A stretch of 20,000 nucleotides of DNA, taken from IMG/VR virus record IMGVR_UViG_3300015371_000018. One strand, 5' to 3'. Positions 16,477-20,000 of the stretch are shown here, one piece after another. Both the position numbers and the translations under genes were made by a program. Within the stretch, counting starts at the first letter, position 1. The number at the start of each line of letters is the position of its first letter. The notes below the pieces were generated by a model that was not told where the DNA came from, searched no databases, and worked only from the letters and a program-made list of their open reading frames with translations. Source of the stretch: an uncultured virus (IMG/VR IMGVR_UViG_3300015371_000018) (lineage: Duplodnaviria > Heunggongvirae > Uroviricota > Caudoviricetes).

Positions 16477-16813
16477 ACTAAATGACGTATCACGAATCCT
16501 AGACCGGATCACCTATAAGCCTGGCTGGCTATTTAATGTCTACGATAAAGAATACCTGGGAGGGCTCTGGCCTGATCAGATCGTGGTGCTGATCCAAGTC
16601 ATTAAACCAACCGTCGAGCGCGACATAGGAACCTACTCAGCAGCGGTTCCTGTTGCTCTCCTGGCCACCAAGGATTTCGAGCCAGCTTTCCTCCGTTGGT
16701 TCGAAGAGAACATCGCGGAAGTAGAAAAACAAATGGCGCAAGAATATCTCAAGATCGACAACAAAAAATTCGCGGCCTACTTGCTTGAAAACTTCGTTAG
16801 TGAACCCAGCTAG
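16469..16813 (+). CDS. Hypothetical phage protein
   Basis: GGAG SD; ITYKPGW motif. Confidence 0.7.
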   Translation: MIELNDVSRILDRITYKPGWLFNVYDKEYLGGLWPDQIVVLIQVIKPTVERDIGTYSAAVPVALLATKDFEPAFLRWFEENIAEVEKQMAQEYLKIDNKKFAAYLLENFVSEPS

Positions 16814-16863
16814 CGGAAGCTATCGCTCGCAACTTAAATTTCAGGACAAGATCAGGAGGTTAT

Positions 16864-17013
16864 ATGGAGACACAGGTAACGGTCAGGGAATATTGGTTTT
16901 GTGGAACCTACTACCACATCGCAACCGAGCGGGTCGGGCTAGGAAATACGCGCATCTCGCATTTTATTCGAGCACGTGAAAACGAAGAATGGTGGACGGT
17001 GATCGTCATATGA
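16864..17013 (+). CDS. Hypothetical protein (49 aa)
   Basis: Not in track. AGGAGG SD; METQVTVREYWFCGTYYHIATERVG...; ATGA overlap with the next gene. Confidence 0.65.
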   Translation: METQVTVREYWFCGTYYHIATERVGLGNTRISHFIRARENEEWWTVIVI

Positions 17014-17264
17014 CAAATGTAGAAGAACTAGCAAAAGCAATCAACCCACCGGCGATCAGTATCATCTCTGCTGCTCTGTCTATCCCGCATATCGAGGAAG
17101 AACAACGCCGTATCAAGGGTTATATGAAAGAAAAAGACATAGGCCGTGAGGACTTTAAGCGTCTATATAACCGATATCAAGATGCTGACAACCTACGGCG
17201 CACTGCCTTAAAGTTAATTGGAATCGAAGACCCACTGTACGACCCGCCAGGATTAGATAAATGA
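17010..17264 (+). CDS. Hypothetical protein
   Basis: Start ATG 17010 inferred from ATGA coupling. Confidence 0.6.
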   Translation: MTNVEELAKAINPPAISIISAALSIPHIEEEQRRIKGYMKEKDIGREDFKRLYNRYQDADNLRRTALKLIGIEDPLYDPPGLDK

Positions 17265-17566
17265 AAATTGAACTAGATGAAAAAGAAGATGAGCTTGAGG
17301 TTGAATGGAACGAAGGCAAGTCGATAGTTGAACTCCTATTTAATCCAGATGAGACTCTGCTTTTCATAGGAAAACTGCGGCTGCGCGTGAGTTTCGAGAA
17401 GTGGATATTACAAGTAGAAGATAGAGGCAAATACTATCGGGACTGGCAGACCATCGCTGAAGGAACCAATGATGGCAAACTGCTGGTGCCTGATATCACT
17501 CGCCTAGCTGAGCGAGATGCTGAGGGAAGGTTATGGGTACCCGAACGCCCGCCGAAGATTGATTAA
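17261..17566 (+). CDS. Hypothetical protein
   Basis: ATGA coupling; last gene before the non-coding stretch. Confidence 0.65.
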   Translation: MKIELDEKEDELEVEWNEGKSIVELLFNPDETLLFIGKLRLRVSFEKWILQVEDRGKYYRDWQTIAEGTNDGKLLVPDITRLAERDAEGRLWVPERPPKID

Positions 17567-17771
17567 ATGAAGTACACCTCGCCCACCCGGATTGATTCAT
17601 GCCTCTTGTCACCATACTTCACCAAAATAATATTTCCCACAATTTTGGGAGTCTCGGCTACTACCGTAGGGGCCAGGATGCCAGGGTGGTCCTTGAGGAA
17701 TCAGGGTGCCCCGATTAATCAAAATCGTTTTATCAAATAGAGGATTTTGAGTAAATAGGACCTTTTGATTA

Positions 17772-17836
17772 ACTTTGTGACAATTGTTACATCTACGCGC
17801 GGGTATTAGTAGACCAGGGAGACTTTGTAACAATTG
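17772..17836. repeat. Direct repeat ACTTTGTRACAATTG; first copy forms a CRP-like palindrome
   Basis: Copies at 17772 and 17822; TGTGA-CAATTG-TTACA at 17776-17791. Confidence 0.55.
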
Positions 17837-18001
17837 ATTCAAATGCAATCTTTAGATTTCTTGTGCACGTGCCCATTGACCCTGGTCGCCAGGTTCGATA
17901 GTCTTCCTGGCAGAGATTGATTGAAGGGTCTAAGTGAGACCAGGGACATTCCGCCTCGTGCGTTGACCTCCCGGCTCAAAAAGAATTTTTCAAAAAGTCT
18001 C

Positions 18002-18031
18002 TTGACAAGTAGCATTGAAGTGTGATAGGCT
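18002..18031 (+). promoter_or_regulatory. Sigma70 promoter P1
   Basis: TTGACA-N18-TAGGCT with extended TG and A/T tracts upstream. Confidence 0.7.
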
Positions 18032-18040
18032 TCGCTGGAC

Positions 18041-18117
18041 AGTCAAGTTAAAGAAAAGGAATCGGACAGTCTCCCTAGTGAGCTACTTGATCCGCCAATC
18101 TTTTTCATAAATTGACT
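18041..18117 (+). ncRNA. Putative structured RNA A
   Basis: AGTCAAGTTA..GAAAAGGA..CGGA pairs imperfectly with TCCG..TCTTTTTC..TAAATTGACT; no ORF. Confidence 0.4.
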
Positions 18118-18145
18118 TGACAAGTAGCACGGCAGGTGATAGAGT
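18117..18145 (+). promoter_or_regulatory. Sigma70 promoter P2
   Basis: TTGACA-N17-TAGAGT with extended TG. Confidence 0.7.
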
Positions 18146-18154
18146 AGTAAAAGG

Positions 18155-18230
18155 TTGAGAGTAAATGAGAGGGATTCCGAAAAATGAATCCTGCAATATG
18201 AAGGGGCAGGCTATCCCTCTCTACTCTCGA
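18155..18230 (+). ncRNA. Putative structured RNA/leader B
   Basis: TTGAGAGTA-aat-GAGAGGGAT pairs with ATCCCTCTC-TACTCTCGA; inner CCTGC/GCAGG hairpin. Confidence 0.5.
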
Positions 18231-18258
18231 ATGTCATAAAATAAAATAGGAGCGACCG

Positions 18259-18627
18259 ATGCGTTATCCGCGACTGTCGCCCGATGCAAAGCTAACGATA
18301 GGTGTCATGCCTTCCGCCGTGGTCTGCACGGGTGACGGCTGGGATAACCTCACGGTTAGCAAGCGCAAGAGGGCTTCACGTAACCGGCGATCCAAGTCTG
18401 CTAGCAAGCGGATCAAGGATCAAGTCAATAACGAGCCTAGCGGCAGTCTGCTTGCCGCGCTCGATAAGGCACGGCAGGCATGGACCGATGCTGAGCCTGG
18501 CAAGGACAAGCAAGCTGCGCTCAAGGTTGTAGTACGCCTTGAGATGAGGGCAGGTATCCGCGACCGTGCGGGTAAGACTGTCACCCTGGACTACATGCCT
18601 GAGACATGGGCATCGGGGCAGAATTAA
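18259..18627 (+). CDS. Hypothetical basic protein
   Basis: AGGAG SD; 122 aa with an Arg/Lys-rich middle. Confidence 0.7.
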   Translation: MRYPRLSPDAKLTIGVMPSAVVCTGDGWDNLTVSKRKRASRNRRSKSASKRIKDQVNNEPSGSLLAALDKARQAWTDAEPGKDKQAALKVVVRLEMRAGIRDRAGKTVTLDYMPETWASGQN

Positions 18628-18641
18628 TTTAGAAAAAGGAC

Positions 18642-18670
18642 TTGACAATTGGCAAGGATGCCAGTAGGGT
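18642..18670 (+). promoter_or_regulatory. Sigma70 promoter P3
   Basis: TTGACA-N17-TAGGGT. Confidence 0.65.
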
Positions 18671-18677
18671 GTAATTA

Positions 18678-18836
18678 ATGAATGACCAAGAAAAACGCAT
18701 CATTTGGGTCTATGCAGATAAGGTCACGCAAGACTCAAATAACGGTAGCCTAGCTATCTATACGGCAGACGCTACCCTCCTGGTTCGCATGCCTGACGAA
18801 GGCATCACAAAGCCAGACTATGAAGACGAAGATTAA
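18678..18836 (+). CDS. Probable leaderless small protein (52 aa)
   Basis: Not in track. ATG 7 nt after the P3 -10, no SD; MNDQEKRIIWVYADKVTQDSNNGSLAIYT... Confidence 0.6.
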   Translation: MNDQEKRIIWVYADKVTQDSNNGSLAIYTADATLLVRMPDEGITKPDYEDED

Positions 18837-18852
18837 GTTTAGTCACGCGCTC

Positions 18853-18881
18853 TTGACACCTATTAATTAATTTGATAATAT
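18853..18881 (+). promoter_or_regulatory. Sigma70 promoter P4
   Basis: TTGACA-N17-TAATAT with extended TG. Confidence 0.75.
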
Positions 18882-18886
18882 GCCTT

Positions 18887-19105
18887 GAGTGTGCGCTAGA
18901 AGGACTACCATATCTGAGGATTATCTGAGGGTATAGGTAGAGTGTTCCACCATAGAAACTTTGCAGTATAATCGTGACAAGTGGCATATATGGCTTAGGT
19001 ATGCAGGATAAGGTGTAAAGCATCCTTTCCATATTGCTAAATAGAGTGTTGATTTAATGTCAAAGGAATGAGATAGGTATGGCTTTGTCCTGGCTAGTGT
19101 CATTC
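18887..19105 (+). ncRNA. Putative structured RNA C (~220 nt)
   Basis: 5' GAGTG/GCGCTAG/AGGAC pair with 3' GTCCT/CTAGTGT/CATTC using G-U pairs; no plus-strand ORF in the track. Confidence 0.45.
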
Positions 19106-19143
19106 TACTTTCACGGTATTCTTTCTTTCCAAAAACTTTTCAC

Positions 19144-19240
19144 GGATCGAGAGCTAGCTAACCTCTGGATCGAGCACTACTCTGACCGTGGGTATCGTAC
19201 TGAGATTCGTACTCTAGGTAAGTAGTCTCTCGCGCCACCA
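19144..19240 (+). ncRNA. Putative structured RNA E ending in ACCA
   Basis: CGAGAG-CTAGCTAACCT pairs with AGGTAAGTAG-T-CTCTCG; three short inner hairpins; followed by CGCCACCA. Confidence 0.4.
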
Positions 19241-19268
19241 TTAAATTTAAGGGAAGGTAATCTGACAA

Positions 19269-19454
19269 GTGGCAATTTCTGACCTTACAACCGAGCATTG
19301 GGCAGCTATCGCGGTTGCTCTCGATCATCGTATTGATGGGCTTGAGCAAATGCGGAATGATGCCACCAATCTGGCGACTGTCCGAGCTTTTGATAAAGGA
19401 ATCAAGTTTTACCAGGAGACTCGTGACCTGATTCCATTCCCCGATAGGGGTTGA
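19269..19454 (+). CDS. Hypothetical protein
   Basis: 61 aa, GTG start, fills the gap before P5. Confidence 0.55.
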   Translation: MAISDLTTEHWAAIAVALDHRIDGLEQMRNDATNLATVRAFDKGIKFYQETRDLIPFPDRG

Positions 19455-19479
19455 CAAGTAGCTTAGTATCTGCTATTTT
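19451..19479 (+). promoter_or_regulatory. Sigma70 promoter P5
   Basis: TTGACA-N17-TATTTT with extended TG. Confidence 0.65.
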
Positions 19480-19610
19480 CTTAAATGTCAGTCTGTCGGT
19501 ATTCTAACCGGGTAAAAGACCGGAATATCCGACCGGCCTCCCTATTTAGGGATGACGACTTCCCGAAGGGCTAAGCCCTGAGACAGTCTCCCGGCAGGCT
19601 GACATTTAAG
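19480..19610 (+). ncRNA. Putative structured RNA/leader D
   Basis: 20-bp terminal stem CTTAAATGTCAGTCTGTCGG / CCGGCAGGCTGACATTTAAG (two G-U pairs) enclosing several hairpins. Confidence 0.6.
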
Positions 19611-19625
19611 CAAATAAAGGATGAT

Positions 19626-19850
19626 ATGACTTACGTTATTCCCGTACATGCTGAGCTTCACGGTAAGCAATTCTCGATTTGGCGAGGCTCCACCTTCCTA
19701 GCTGAAGGCTATCTGACCAACTTTACCGGCCATATCGGAATTCATGTAACATCGGTGCGCGGCGGAATCATGAATGCCACCGATGCGCTACTGGACTTTT
19801 TCAAGGATGAGGTACGCAAGGAACTTGAGCGAGAGGCGCGTGAGGCTTAA
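19626..19850 (+). CDS. Hypothetical protein
   Basis: AAAGGA SD; 74 aa. Confidence 0.7.
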   Translation: MTYVIPVHAELHGKQFSIWRGSTFLAEGYLTNFTGHIGIHVTSVRGGIMNATDALLDFFKDEVRKELEREAREA

Positions 19851-20000
19851 ATGAATCCGCCCACCATAGAAGGTCTAACCTACTTTGAGCGGCATATCTT
19901 GAAAATCTGTATCGAGCGGTACATTCAAGATATTCGTAAGGCATGCCTTGAGGATCAGGGTAACGCGGATGGCGCAGAAGGTACGGTCGGCCGCGATATG
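19851..20000 (+). CDS. Hypothetical protein (partial)
   Basis: ATG directly after the previous stop, GAGG SD, open to the window end: MNPPTIEGLTYFERHILKICIERY... Confidence 0.6.
   Translation, partial: MNPPTIEGLTYFERHILKICIERYIQDIRKACLEDQGNADGAEGTVGRDM

Noticed and set aside
17888..17911. tRNA suggested by CCAGGTTCGA..CCTGG
   Set aside because: The loop is 12 nt, and no acceptor, D or anticodon arms can be built.
17609..19457. Minus-strand ORFs 17609-17848, 18376-18648, 18805-19032, 18921-19103, 19158-19457
   Set aside because: They oppose strong plus-strand promoters, have no recognisable motifs, and several overlap better-supported plus-strand features.
18002..19463. CRISPR array from the TGACAAGTRGC repeats
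   Set aside because: Repeats are only 11-12 nt, irregularly spaced, mostly coincide with promoters, and there are no cas genes.
19500..19592. Hammerhead or HDV-like (theta) ribozyme in element D
   Set aside because: No CUGAnGA/GAAA core, and I could not assemble HDV P1/P1.1/L3 convincingly despite a GGG-CTAA-GCC segment.
1..20000. Stop codon reassignment, prompted by the RF-like gene
   Set aside because: Genes are full length in code 11 and end in TAA, TAG and TGA with tight coupling to the next start.

Overview
A 20-kb piece of a tailed (siphovirus-like) phage genome, read in standard genetic code. A probable leaderless gene and U-tail-less hairpins suggest an actinobacterial-type host, but that is an inference. 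Bases 1-6.95 kb (minus strand) are a virion module: Mu gpI-like prohead protease, scaffold, head decoration protein, lambda gpE-type major capsid, adaptor, tail terminator, major tail protein and an HK97 gp10-like neck protein. No portal, terminase or tail chaperone lies next to it. Bases 7-12.4 kb are mostly minus-strand accessory genes, including a LuxR HTH, a Topo VI-A/Spo11-like (Mini-A type) TOPRIM protein, and a protein with a class I release factor domain whose GGQ motif is degenerate. Bases 12.4-17.6 kb (plus strand) are a run of small genes including a SAM methyltransferase and a CAP-domain protein. Bases 17.6-20 kb are gene-poor and hold five near-consensus sigma70 promoters, four of which are followed at the predicted start site by a long end-paired stem. 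This looks like a cluster of unannotated structured RNAs. TTAATT/AATTAA appears strongly over-represented. All protein family calls come from motif recognition by eye, not database searches.
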